The notes under the pieces: model-generated | Seen by the model: the letters and a program-made list of their open reading frames with translations, nothing else | What the model was told of the DNA's origin: nothing | Databases searched by the model: none | Made by a program: the position numbers and the translations under genes | NCBI GenBank assembly: GCA_043228905.1 | Contig: JBHGNT010000012.1 | Span: 744,001 to 808,000 of the forward strand | DNA: 64,000 nt | Direction of reading: 5' to 3' | Origin: Azolla caroliniana | Taxonomy: Eukaryota; Plantae; Polypodiophyta | In this document: one piece after another, positions 1-15,000 of the stretch | Position numbering within the stretch: the stretch's first letter is position 1 | How the letters are laid out: every line of letters starts with the position of its first letter

Positions 1-3000
1 ACACATCGATTTGAAGAGAAAGAATGCCAGCTCAAGGTTAAAACTCATACCCCAGAGGATGTTGCTGCACAACGGGAGTATATTGCCAAGTTACCAATGG
101 CAATTAATGAACTCAGGGCTGAGATTGATATGATAGAGGTAGCCTCTATTTGATTCAGTGTGTTTTATATTGATTCTCCTTGTCCATACTTGAATGAACC
201 ATCACATAAGTATGGTATCTGTTTTAAATATTTCATAAGATTTATCAACGGATCATCACGTATGGTATCTATTTTCTTGGATGTCCTATGTACAGGTACA
301 AGGAACCTCAATGCTTGTAATTAAAGAATTCTCATTCTTATGAATTAGTTTAAGGATACCATCCTATCTAGATCCCTCCATTTATTTTGTGTAGCACCCG
401 ACACTGAAGGTTCTTCCCTCTCTTTGGAGTTCTCTTCATCTGGGATCTGCTATATTAGAGATATGTCGAAGGAAGAGATTTCCGTTCTTAGCTGACCAGA
501 ATATCTGGCACCTTAAGTAGTATTAGTAATTTACTTACATCTATTTTGGTTAGTTGTTCTGAGAGATGAAACACCATTTTTAAGATGTATGTCTGGTTTG
601 GTCTCACAAGCCATTTAGATGTCTTTTTAGAATGACAGAAATCAGCAATATCAGCTGCATATAGTAATATTGGTATGGCCATCTCCTACATCCATGCTCC
701 TATCTCTCTATGTAACTAGCAATGTTAGTAACCTTCTACAAAAAATCAAAGAGAGTGAGTGAAAGTTGGCATCCTTGTTTTGTTCCAATTTTGCTGGTCA
801 CTTCATCTGAGAATCTGTCAAGGGTACACACTTTTACCGACAGTGGTTTACACAGCTTATAGAGGAGCCCACATATGCCCCACAAAAGCTATGAAGTGTG
901 TGTACAACCAAGCCCAAAACAGTATGAAGAAATTGGATGTAGCAACTTGGTCATAACCAAGAAGACCATATACACAATAAATTGATGCAAATCACTATAG
1001 ACAAATTTGCATGTCTAGTTGTTCCTAATAATACCTCATTCCACAAAGTGGGCGCTACATCTAGAGAGCTGCCAAAAAACAGGAGTAACGTATCTAGGTG
1101 ACCATATGTTGTATCTCTGTGGTTGTGATATTGTTGGAATGTCTATGCGTGCTTTCCTATGGATATGCTGCTATTGTGCATTTTCCTCATAATTCCTACA
1201 AAATCTCATTAATATGTGATGGAAAATGGGGTATACAAGTGCACTTCCTGAAAAGTTGATGAATATTGGACGGTGTCGTCTGTTGTTGATTGAGTACTGA
1301 ATGCTTTTTCTAGTAGATCTTTTGAGGATATGGTAGGGATACTAAGATAGCACAAAAAAGTAAGAGTCTTAAATTCAGCATGTATAACGTACTCGTGGTA
1401 CAGTCTCTGACGTACTATGAAGTCACATATCTATATTTTCTGTATTTTGATTAAATTAACCGTTTTTCACATACACTCCGTGGAAATTGAATTGTTATTC
1501 ATTGGACAGGTGTGGTATGATGCATTAGATGAATTGAATTACACCTTGCCTGATGGGGATTTTAATCAAAGGTGGGGATTGCAATTTTGGCCTTCAAAGA
1601 TTGAGAAACTGGTCGAAAAGATAGAAAAAACCCTAGCTGCAGATAATGAACGTTACCAGAGGGAAATGGAAGAAGAACAAATGACATTTTTGGTCACACT
1701 GGAAAACTTGGAAACAACTGTTTCAGCTTTTGCACGCTACACAGATTTGAATCAGGTTGGAAAATTCAAGGAGATATTTCAATCCGAAGATGGAATTGCA
1801 TGTCCTTAAATATAATTGATTGTGCATGAAATTCCTCTGAGTGTAAAAAGGAAGTGGCACAGATATACCATTGTACTCGTATGAGTTGATTTAATGCATT
1901 CTTTTTGCAGTCTGAGTTCATCGCATCTGAAGCTCGCAAAATCAATGAGCAACTTCGAACAGCAGAGAGCAAAGCACGCCTATTCAATTCACGAGAAACC
2001 TTATTTGGTGTTCATCCAACAGATTATGGTCGCTTGAGGAAAAATATAGAGAACTTTGAACCATATTCATACCTTTGGATTACCGCTGATGATTGGAAGA
2101 AGAGTTATCAGGTTTGGATGAATGGATCTTTTTTGAATCTGAATCCTGAGGAGGTTGAGAAGAATGTAACAAGCTGGTATAAGGGTCTTTTCAAAGTTAG
2201 TCGATTGCTGTCACAAAAAGAAGCTACAGCTTGTGCTGCAGACTGTGATGAAATCCGTAAGCAGGTGAATTGCGGTCTGTGTTTCTAAGATTATACTATT
2301 TATCTGGGCTTCTGCATTCATTTGGCTGAAAAGATGTTCTTCGTGAAGTTTGATACTTGATGTTTGTTGTATTCAGGTTGGTGAGTTCAAACCTTATGTT
2401 CCCTTGATTGCAGCATTGCGTCAACCAGGCATGAGGGCCAGACATTGGGACCAGCTTACAAGAGAGTTGAAGGTGGACATGCACTTGAAAGAGGAATTCA
2501 CTTTGGCAAAAGGTCTTGAGATGGGTTTAATGGACCAATTGGATATGATTTCAAATGTTGCTGACATTGCCAGTAAGGAATTTGCCATTGAAATGGCTGT
2601 TTCTAATATGGAAGGAGAATGGAAGAATCTTGATATGCAGGTAATGTTTGTCATATGTTAAACCCTAGAATAATATGGATTTTGGTGGACGCATGTCAAT
2701 ATGGAATGCTGTAATCAAATTGTGAAGATGTGAATGAGTTTAAACTGGATTTGTTGGCTTTTGTAAGAGCATGGCTATTCTATATCTATTCAGAGAGGGA
2801 TATTGAGATTTATGTCAAAGATAAGACATAATGTAGTGCTTGCTTTGTGTCTCAAGGGTTACAAACAACAAAGGTGGGAATGCGCTAGTATCCAGGGTTT
2901 TGGGGATGGACATATATATATATATTCTTTGGTTATACATCAGAGGGCATAATACTCACCATGTGCACTGGAGGAGGGAGGGTCTTGCATCCCTTTTAAG

Positions 3001-6000
3001 CAGTATGTTAAGCATGTTGAAAGTGCACATGTTATAATGTATGTTTCTGTGTAAAAAGTAGATAGTTTCACAATATTTTAAAGTTTGGAGATGGAGATTC
3101 ATATGCTTTAGCAATACATGTGAGGGCTTTTATTCGCCATGGGCACTAGAGGAGGGTGGTTCCTCTGCATCCTCTTAAGCAGTATGTTAAGCATGTTGAA
3201 GGTGTACATGTTGTAATGTATTTTTGCTGTGTAAAAATCAAATAGTTTCACAATCTTTTAAGGTTTGTTTAGTAATAATATTATGGTTATTTTTGGTGGG
3301 CAGGTAATGGATTATAAAAACACAGGCACTTATATTATTAAGGTTGAGGAGGGTATTCTACAACAATTAGATGACCATATTGCTACAACTCAATCAATTA
3401 GCTTTTCTCCCTTCAAAAAGCCATTTGAAGAAAAAATATCTAAATGGGAGGCACAACTTGTCCTTGTGTCAGAGACAATTGAAGAGTGGTTTGCATTACA
3501 GCGACAATGGATGTATCTAGAACCTATTTTTAGCAGCTCTGATATTCAAACACAACTTCCCATTGAAAGTAAGAGATTCAATACAATAAATGTTGTATGG
3601 AGAAAAGTGTTAAACCAAGCACATTCTACCCCAAATATCCTGGTAATGTGTTCAAGCAAAAAGTTGCTGGAACAACTCAGGGAGAGCAACAAGGTCAGCC
3701 TATTTATGATTTAAGGCATGATGATTGCGGAAATATGAATATAAATATAGCTATAAATAAATTTAAAAAAACCAAAATAAATATAATTAAATTTGTAAAG
3801 CTTGCCTAAGGTACCGGATATCATCACTAACTAAGCTCTTAATGTTGTGAGCTTAGATGGACTGCAACTTCTGTCGTTGAAACATGTAGAACATGGGCTG
3901 ATCCCAGATTGAGAAATCTGCTTAGTATTGGCTGATAATGGCCTTTATTTGGTCGATAACATGAGTGACACATCCAGGTTCTAGATAGGCATGGCCTACA
4001 TGCATGACAAATTGATATTGCCTGATCTTGGATGTGTGGTAACACATTTATATTTATGCCACGTTAGTTTAACAGTTCTTGTGTTTTAGCATACCAGTAG
4101 TGATTATTTCCATGTTCTGCAAGCTAAGTGCTAATCTTGAGCAACTTTTCTTTGTGAGCTCCCAAATTCATCAGATACCAGAAACAGATTGAAATAGTGG
4201 ATTCACCACTATTGGGGATGCTCCTACCTCTGCCCAGATTATATCATGGGTACGGATGCTATGCTCATCATGCAGGCAATCATGAGCAGTGATGGAGCTA
4301 AAGAAAGCTGTGATAGTGGTCAGTGTAGTTGATGAAGAGTTGCCAGATTAGTTTATGAAGAACTTAAACCTATGTAGTGCTTTCTGACATTACTTAATCA
4401 ATGTAGCATGGTGGAAAGGGCCTAATAAAAATATTATATAAGAAAAAGGGACCTTGACTGTAATTTACGAATCCTTGCACACATTTGATTATTATTTCCA
4501 GCTATTTGTTTTTTATTACATTCCATGGTCTATTTTTAATAAATCACATTTTTAATGGATGATATAGATGATTGATATGGTGCAAAAGGGATTGTCAGAC
4601 TATCTTGAAACAAAACGACTGGCATTTAGTCGATTCTTCTTTCTATCAAATGATGAGCTTCTACAAATTCTTTCTCAAGCTAAAAATCCCCTCGCTGTTC
4701 AGCCTCACTTACACAAATGTTTTGAGGCAATATCTGAACTTGATTTCCGACCGGACCTCGAGATAATTGCCATGAATTCTGATGAAGGTGAAAAGGTAAG
4801 TTAATCTTGCAGCAATAGTAATCGATGCAATTCGGATTGAAAACTAGTATTCTGAACTTCAATGGAACCTGAATAGGTTCCCTTTGCAACAACAATGCAA
4901 CCACTTGGAAATGTCGAGAACTGGTTAAGTGAAGTGGAAAAGAAAATGAAAGAAAGTATTCTTCATCAGGTACATGGGTGCATGACAAAACTCTAGTACA
5001 TTAGTTTCATTTATGAAGTGCATCCCATTAATTGCTGGGATCTCGTCTTGCATATATGCCACATGTAAACATCCCCTAGATTATAAGCTTCAAGGTGAGC
5101 ACCCTAGTGAAAAAGCCCAAATTGGGGCCAATGTTGATGCTAGTTTATTATAGTTGCATTGTTCACAGTAGTAGTCATCCCTATATTTTTCTACTTCATA
5201 CTCAAGATCACAATGAATCTGTTATTAGTGTACCTTGTCCAACAACTTGTACCAATGGTCTAGTTGTCTAATTAGTTTTCATTTATTTTTATGTGCTGGC
5301 AGATAAGGATATCGTTGACTGCTTACAAAAATACCTTGAGAACAGATTGGGTCCAAGTCTGGCCAGGGCAAGTGGTACTCTGTGGAAGTTCTGTTTACTG
5401 GACTGAGCAAGTGGAAGATGCAATCACTAGGAATTGCTTGCAGGACTATTTTGATAATGTTCAGGTTGGTAGAAGTTGTATAATCATTGACCACCAAAAT
5501 ATTTATGAAAGAAATATTTCTTAAAGAAGTAGAGATGAAATAAATTCTGACATATCAGTACTTCTTCCCATCTCTGCTTTGGATAATTGCAAGCATTTTT
5601 GTATTTCCATCTCTTGTTATGTTTACCACTGAAGTCTAGAGTCCATCTTTGATGTTTGTCAACCGCTGTTCATCACAAATCACCTGCTTGCTGTAACATT
5701 TCGTGATCATATCTGTGGATACATGTCGTGCATGTTTCGCTTCAAACTTTTGATATCGTAGTTGCGTTAGGATTTTTACAAAGCATTTAATGTGTACTTC
5801 TTCGCTTCTCTGCTGTGGGTAATCACTCACGTTTTTCTCTTTCCATCTCTTGTTATGTTTTCTATTGAGTCTAGATTCCCATCATTGATGTCTGTCAACC
5901 TCCATTCAACACTCGAATCACTTTTTTGCTGCAACAGTTCACATGTTGACTCTTTTTTTATCATATCTGCTCATTGGTTATGGAGTGCCTGCCTTAGACA

Positions 6001-9000
6001 TATTGCTCCACTTTTTCTATATTATATTCTCTATAGGATTTTGACAACGAGTTTGATAATATTCCACAGACTCACCTGCTATGGTAGAATATGGGATAAA
6101 TAGAAATGTAAAATGAGCTTGTAGGTTGCCCAGATCTAGGTATGTCAAGAGAGTGGAACCAAAATTTAGTGATGTCATAAAAAAATGAAAAGTTTTTGAG
6201 CTATTCTGTACATATTGAATACCCCCCCACCCACCTCAAAATTGTGCTTTACCTTAGAGGATGAAGAAGATTATGAAACATCAAGCAAATAATGTCAAAT
6301 AACACTTCTTTTATTACATTGATACTGCCAAAAATAGCCATTTTTGAGGAAGGAAGCAGGCAAATGTAAACATTGATAATAAAATAACAGTATAAAGTAG
6401 GCCACATAAGCGGAAGTAAGGATTTAAAATGGGATTTTCATTTTAGGATAATCAGGAATTGCATCCTCTTTGGCTTTGGCCTCCAGAGAACCTTAATAAA
6501 ACTTTCTTTCTGGAGACTAGCCCAAGTCATAATGTTCTTTCCTTGAGAAAGAAAGATGTATTAACGTCTTGTAAGTGGCCAAAATGGCATGTCTTGTAAG
6601 TGGCCAAAATGCATATGAGACTGAACGAGATCTTACATCTTAAAATGTTGGCTGATCTTGGAGAACAAGAAACCTCAGAGATGAATGAAAAGTGTTGAAG
6701 TCTATGGAATGTCCTTATTCTTTATGTATCCTTAGAAGCCTTTAGATCTCTATCTTCTGTGATTAGAACTAATGCAATGAGTATTCAGTAAAAACTATTG
6801 TTTTTTCTTTTATGTATTGATCTATGATGAATCAGGTGGTGCAACTTCTAGCATTGACAGATCTTGTTCGAAAGCCTTTAACTCAGCTAGCAAGATTGAC
6901 ACTTGGTGCGCTAATTGTCATAGATGTTCATGCACGTGATGTGGTACAAAAATTACTTGATGAAAAGGTGATATATTGATTTGAACCATAAATTGTACAA
7001 AGAAGATATATATTAACGTATTTTAAAAGGCCAAAATGGCCAAAACGACCATACAAGAGATTACATCTTAAAAGCTTCTCATCTTTGAGAAAGAAAGATA
7101 TATTAACGTCTTTTAACAGGCCAAAATGGCCTATAAGACCAAATAAGAGATTACATCTTAAGTGTTGTCTCTTCTTGAGAACAAATCAAAATAAAATGAA
7201 TATTACATAGTAAATATAAAAGTAAATAATATGAAAAGAGAATTAATGAGGGAAGTTGGTTTTTGGCACATGTGAGATCCTCAAATTAGGTATATTGTAG
7301 CTTTTGTCTTCGAAAGATCTCTAGCATAGGTCGATCCAGTATGGAGAGGTCTCCAAAGCGAGGAAAGCACGTGCTATTGCTATGACAAGAGAAGGAATCA
7401 GAGAAAATAACTAGAAATAATAAAATACACAGTAGGGGGATGACAGCTTATGCACTGAAGAAAGAAGAAAGAAAGAAAGAAAGAAAGATATATTAATGTC
7501 TTTTAAGAGGCCAAAATGGCCTATAAGACCGAATAAGAGATTACATCTTAAATGTTTTCTCTTCTTTGAGAACAAATCAAAATAAAGTAAATATTACACA
7601 GTAAATATAAAAGTAAATAAGATGAAAAGAAAAGAGACGAGAGAATCTGGTTTTTGGCACATGCGAGATTCTCAAGTTAGGTATATTGTAGCTTTTGTCT
7701 CCGAAAGATCTCTATCATAGGTTGATCCAGAATGGAAATGTCTCCGAAGCGAGGGAAGCACCTACGATGGCGGGAGATAATGGCTTTTATTTGTCGATGA
7801 CAAGGGTGTCGAGGTCGTGGTCCATGGGGCCGGGGCCTACGTGCACGGCAAATTGCCATTGCCCGAGAAAACTACATTAATCAACTAAAGATCATAAAGT
7901 AAACACAATGGGCCAAGGGGGTTTTATATACAAGCCCTCAAGGGACTGCCACATTAAATGTGGTTAGTGGAATCTACTCATAGATATCCACTTGAGCGAT
8001 TTTGTCATAAGAATATCTGATATTCTTTGACCACATTTTCACTTGACAACTGATTAGATATCACAATCTAGTTCTTTGTGTAAGCAGATAGTTTATACGG
8101 ATTACAATAAAGTGTGCGCACACACTTTCTCACTTATTGTGGTTTTCTTCATAAGCATGTTAACATGAGTTGAGCTTGATTCTCAACAAAAACTGTTGGG
8201 ACTCATAGCCATGGATGTGATCTCTTTTCTGTTTTCAGCTCTCAACTTTGGTAAATTGCCCACTAACAATCAACGCTGACACTGTTGGAAACCCAAGTTA
8301 TGTAATTTAACTTTTTTTACCAGTCAACTCATCAAACTTGTTAGAAATATTGAGAATCGATTAGATAGGTATATAGAGTTACAACCACAGAGATGGATAT
8401 ATGAAAACAAAACTTCTATTACATATGAGAGTAGCTCACAATGGTAGTTCACCCATGCGCTCACACCTTAGAGCTTAGATGGGATTTGGACTAGCTCAAT
8501 GCAAAATTAGTGGGGACTGATGATCAATCCAATCACTGTGTAAGAAAGTGGATTATATTCTATGTTTGGTCTGAGTATAACATTAAATGTGCAAGTCAGT
8601 TGATAGTAGTGGAGATATTCCTTTTCTGTCAATTGACTTGTCATTTAATATGACCCAACTCCTTAGATACAGGCTAGTGCTAGATAGTACTTATCTTGAA
8701 GTCAATGGCACATACTTCAATGCCCACAAAATATTCTAGTTGACTTTATTAGCCAATCCTATTACCTATTTCGCTCTTTCCTAAATCCATTGTGTCCTAC
8801 ACATCTACGGTTTCCTAGATTAACACCTTATCGACCCATATGGTCGAGTTGCACACTAGCCGCTCCTCATTTGGAGCGCTATCACAAAATGTGCACTCTA
8901 AGAGCACATATAGGGATAGATTTACAACTTGGGGCTGATCATTGATTATATATAACAAAACTTGGTAGTTATGTTTTCTTTTCAAATTTCGTGCTAGAAA

Positions 9001-12000
9001 TCAATTAGTTGAAGCTTCCACATATGCTGTTTACTCCTTTGTTTATAACACTTCATTTCAATCACGACTTCTCACATCACCTGGCATCGATCTTGGAGTC
9101 CATGCAGATTTTTGAAGGAAAAAGCTTTAGTCTATCTTAATTTAGAATATTATGTTCTTAGATATCAAATCCTTTAGTACCCTGTGTGCCCCTGTGTGCA
9201 ATTGTATTTATTCTCATTTGTCATTCTCAAAGATGAGAAAATATTTTATGATGTAATCTCTTATATGCTATTATAGGCCAGTTAGGCCTCTTAAAAGACC
9301 TCAATATAGCTTTCTTTCTTTCACAGTAGGAGAAAAGAACATGGGTTGTAATTTGTAACCCGTCTTTAATGTTTCAGGTAAAAGCAGTAACAGATTTTGA
9401 ATGGGTAAGCCAGCTAAGGTACTACTGGGAAAACGAAAGTATTACAGTGCGAATGGTGCAGGCATCCCTTTCTTATGGTTATGAGTACCTTGGAAATACT
9501 CCACGACTTGTAATCACTCCTTTAACAGATCGATGCTACATGACATTAATGGGCGCTCTCCATCTTAATCTTGGTGGTGCACCAGCTGGGCCTGCTGGCA
9601 CTGGAAAGACAGAAACAACCAAAGACTTGGCTAAGGTAATGCTTTATTTAAAATTCAAACTTGTTTCATCAGGAGTATATACTTAATCTGGGAGGAAAGG
9701 GAGTCCTTCATTTAACTCCTCGAGGGAGACGAATAGTGCCCATCAAGAAACAACTACTAGCATATGCCTGTTGTCTGCAAGATTATTCCATAGGATTATG
9801 AAGGATCTTCTAGGTTCTGTTCTTTCTAGAGTGGAAGATGGGGTTTGAAAGGAAACTGTATGACAGGAACAAAGGCAAGTTTCATTTATAATATCATTAA
9901 TACATATTTCCTTGTAATATCTCATTTGGTTTTGTAAACCATTTTGGCCTCTTAAAAGACTTTAATATATGTATTTTTCTTTGAAATTTGTAACAATATC
10001 ACCTTTATGAGTGGATTGAATTATTTGCCCCAAGTCTATTATATCTTTTATCATTTCTTTGAAAGAAGATAAATTTATATTGAAATTTCATCCAAGGGGG
10101 CAAATTCTTCAGGTGCGGGGCTCAAATTATAATATGAATAATGGGCGAGAACATTACAACAGTCTGCCTAACAGGAAATGTTTTCCACATTTACAATCAA
10201 TAGTTACGTTTTTGGTGCCTCTTCTTTAAATTATTTATATACATACACCCTAAACCCTGGCCACAACTCCGATGTGCATATCTTTTACAAAAGGACATCA
10301 TTTTATAATGTAATCTCTTATTCAGTCTTATGGCCAATTATGGCCTCTTAAAATTCGTTAATATACCTTTTTCTTTCTTTCTTTCTCACTATCATTTTGA
10401 TTCCAGATGCAAAAAAATTGAATGTCTCTTTTTTAATATTGGACATTCAGGCTCTGGCAAAGCAATGTGTTGTCTTTAATTGCTCTGATGGATTAGATTA
10501 TTTGGCAATGGGGAAGTTTTTCAAAGGACTTGCCAGTAGTGGTGCTTGGGCTTGTTTTGATGAATTCAACAGAATTGATCTGGAAGTGCTTTCAGTGATT
10601 GCACAACAGATTCTTACCATTCAACTGGCCATACAACAGAAGCTAAAGCGTTTCATATTTGAAGACACAGAAATTTCTCTTGATCCATCATGCTCAGTCT
10701 TTATCACTATGAATCCTGGGTAAGATAAAAATAAAATTCAATTTTTTGCTTTGCTGAAGAGAAAGAATTCTAAAGTGTTAAAGCATGATCATATAGGCAT
10801 GCTATTTTGATTCATCGTATCTAGCATCAACTTAATATTATAGAAATTTCATGCAGGTATGCAGGTCGATCTGAGCTCCCAGACAACTTAAAAGCACTGT
10901 TCAGACCATGTGCAATGATGGTACCAGATTATGCTTTGATTGGAGAAATAAGTCTTTTCTCCTTTGGCTTCCGCAATGCAAAGCCTCTAGCCCGGAAGAT
11001 GGTTACCACATTCAAGCTTTGCTCTGAACAACTTTCATCACAGGTTTGCATGGCATACACATTGTGTTTTCTTTCTTCTTTCTAGTATCAAGTTCGGTAT
11101 TGTAAGTTGATTCTGAAGGAGTAGTTTGGCGTGCGATTGAACCTTGAAACAAAATGCCATATTCATGCTGTTTGAAGGCCAAAGTGGTCTAGGAGACTAA
11201 AAGGGACCGTTAACTACTGCATGGCCAAAACAGATAATAAAGATGGAAAACAAGAGAAGACAAAGATTTATATTAGAATAATGGAACACCAAAGTGCGAT
11301 TACAACACATACTTTGATAAAAATGATCTTTAGCTGATATACTTCTAAGCAAGCCAAAATAGATTCAACTTGGTAATAAAATGAAGAAAATAACTTAGAA
11401 CTCTCTCTAAAGTGAATATGGGCAGAGAGAAAGGGCTGCTGTTCATCCGGACAGGCATGTTTTTAAAAATGTTTCACAACTTTGGATCACATATAGACCC
11501 TCTGAACCCTTGCTGAGAAGGTACAACACCAAAAAGGAGAAGCTATTGTTTCCTCCTGAATATCTGCGCTTTCAATAATGTACCCTGTGCTCGGTTCATC
11601 CAACAAGTACACCATCTTGCTATAATAATTTATAATCAGGTAGATGGATGATCTGTCTAATGCTTTTGTCATTATCTTCCCAGAGAGGTCAGCATAGACC
11701 AATAATGCCTAGGGAGAATTAACTCTTGGATTCTTGCTGTCACTCACTCCGTTCTGGAGCATGTATAGTGGATATAGTCATACGTTGTGAAATTGTGCTC
11801 ATCTCCAACTTCCGGAGGGACATCAAAGACATCCCAGTGCCTTAACATTATTTTGTACAGACAAAGTTTTATCACTAAAACCAGATAAAACTAAAGTAAT
11901 GTTGTTCAACATAACTGAACCATGGGTAATGAAATCAGAATCAGAGTTCTTTTTGGGAGAGAAAAAGGTGGCATACACACGACCCTACTCATGCTTAAGA

Positions 12001-15000
12001 ATAAATTCAGGGCCTCGGTTCTCGTTATGGGAGGTTGCTTGTGTTGACAATCAAGCTCAACACGTGTAAGAAAAGCACAATGTGTGAAAAAGTGTGTGAG
12101 CACACTTTATTGTAATCCGTGTAGTTGTCTGATATAATCAACCCCAACTACCCCACATGGCAGCAAGGCGCTAACAGGGTAAAATACTGCTTGGCAACAT
12201 GTGTGCAAGATCACATGTTAAGCATATTCGACATGCGAAAACTTGAAGAAGATTTTTGCTTCTTGAACCACGGCCAGAAAACTTCAACTCCAACAGGAGT
12301 TGAACAATATTCGGCAGAGGGATATGTCCTGACGGACTATACCCTCTAAATCAAAGACTTGTCAAGCATGTAGGGCCGGGCCTCATCAACCATGGTCTCA
12401 CCACCGGCTATCATCTCCCGCCATTGTTGGAGATTGTCATTCTTCAGGGACCTCTCCACTCTGGATCAACCTATGCTAGGGATCTCTTGTAGACAAATTA
12501 CACTCTATTTGACTTGAAAATCTGATACATATAGATAACAGGATTATTTTGTCACTTCTATTATTATTTATTTGTTTAGTTAATTTATTTTGGTTAGATA
12601 TTCTCAAAGACCAGATAACATGTTAAGATGTAATCTCTTGTTTGGTCTTATAGGCCATTTTGGCCTTTGAGAAGAGCTAATATATCTTTCGTTTTGCGGA
12701 GCCAACTAAATGTTCGTCTTCGAGTTTTCTTTCACACATGGCTTTCAAATGACTACCTTGTAGCGAACATCTGCCATGATACCAATAGATTTGAGTCTTC
12801 CCATATATGAATTCACTTACCTCAGAAAATTCTATGTTTGTTCCTGATCTTGATGAATACACTTTCAACATCCCTTAAATTCCTGAATCATCTCATTTGA
12901 CTTCTCATATTTTTGTTCACTCTGGCAGCTAGGAGCTGTATGTCTGCCAATGCTTCTGCACTTGATAAACCAGTTCCCAATCACATGAGATTTATTCCTT
13001 GACATTCTCATTATCTTCATCCCTACAAGAATTTGACTTTTTATTTTTGGAAATAATTGGATTTTATGTGCTTTGTGGAAAGGATATATGTATTCATCCC
13101 AATAAGAATTTGGTTTGTTATTTGTAAGATATAACTGGATTTTATCTGTTCTGTGGAAATTCAACCGTCTGTTTTTATAGGATCACTATGATTATGGCAT
13201 GAGAGCTGTCAAGAGTGTGATTGTTGCAGCTGGAAACTTAAAGCGAGCTTATCCTGATGAGAATGAAGATGTGTTGTTATTACGTGGATTAAGGGATATT
13301 AATGTTCCAAAGTTCTTGAGTCAAGATCTTCCTCTCTTTGCTGGTATTATTACAGATCTATTCCCAGGTGTAGAGCCACCGAAGATAAGCTATGATGATC
13401 TGCTTGATGCAATTTCCACTGTATGCTCTGAGCTGAACATCCAGCCTGTTGAAGCGTTCACAACGAAAATTATTCAATTGTATGAGACAACTATTGTAAG
13501 ACATGGTCTTATGCTAGTTGGACCAACTGGTGGTGGTAAAACCATGTGTTATCGCACACTTGGAATGGCAATGTCTTTACTGAATCAAGTTGGATCAACA
13601 ACATATCAGAAGGTATGACCTCCTTTTATGCATGGGCAGTTTCACATGCTAGAAAAGGAGAATCGAAGTTCTTTGTCATAATACAGAATTCGAGTACAGT
13701 ATGAAAGTGAAAGCAATCCTAATTACAGAGGTGGACCATGTGTCAATTTATTAATGGAAATTCAAAGATTTGTTAAATGTGAATTTTCAATGTTTGCAGG
13801 TCAAGACGGTATGTTTAAATCCTAAGTCCATTACAATGGGGCAGCTTTATGGAGATTTTGATGCAAATACACATGAGTGGACAGATGGAGTCTTAGCTTG
13901 CTATATGCGTGAACTTGCAGGAGATCCATCTCTTGACAAGAAGTGGCTAATGTTCGATGGTCCTGTGGATGCTATCTGGATAGAGAATATGGTGCATTTC
14001 ATTTGCCTTTGGTTACTCCATTATGTGAATAAAATTTCTATTGCGTAGTTATTGAAATAATAAAAAAGCAAAAACTGGAAATTAACCATTTGGAGAATTT
14101 TAATGCAGAACACAGTACTTGATGATAATAAAAAACTATGCCTGGTCAGCGGTGAAATAATTCAGATGTCATCAACAATGACAATGATGTTTGAGGTTGA
14201 AGATCTTGCTGTTGCATCACCAGCAACTGTCAGTAGATGTGGCATGGTATATATGGAGCCTAGTGCAAGGGGCATTGATGTGCTTTTCACCTCTTGGATG
14301 GAAAGGGTTGTCCCAGCTATGCATGTTCACACAGCCAAGCTTAGCAATCTTTTCAAGGAGCTTGTTGTAGGAACTGTAAGATTGGTTAAGAAGGCACTCA
14401 AGCAGACTGTTGGTACTACAGAAGATAACTTAGTTCTAAGTTTATTCAGTGTTATGGATAGTCTTTTATTACCATTTAATAAAGAAAATGGCCAGCTGAA
14501 TGATGAGGAGGTACAGAAGTTATCACAAGTAAGTATTCATACTTCCTAGTTCCCTGTTGTATGGCTCCCAATTTCTACAAGCTAAGTGACGTCACGCATC
14601 AAATATTGAATATGTACTTTGTAAGAAGAAGGTATATGGATCTAATACAAATATTCAACTTTTCCATCTCGAATACAGCTGTAGAAACTGATCAAAGGCT
14701 ATTATGGTCTGCAGATTTCATTTTAACTCCATTTCTGTGACTAGAGTATAATACAGTATTTGTAATATCTGTCTTGCTTTAATGCAGGTGATTGAACCTC
14801 TGTTCTTGTTCTCGCTGATTTGGTCAGCAGGAGTGACCTGTGATAATAATGGCCGTGCTAAATTTGATGCATACATTCGAGACACTATTGCTGATTTACA
14901 TATGGAAAGACCTCCACCAGATGAATTAGATGTGTTCGGATACTACTTTGATCAAAATGCACTTGACTGGATTGATTGGATGCAAACTGTACCAAAATAT

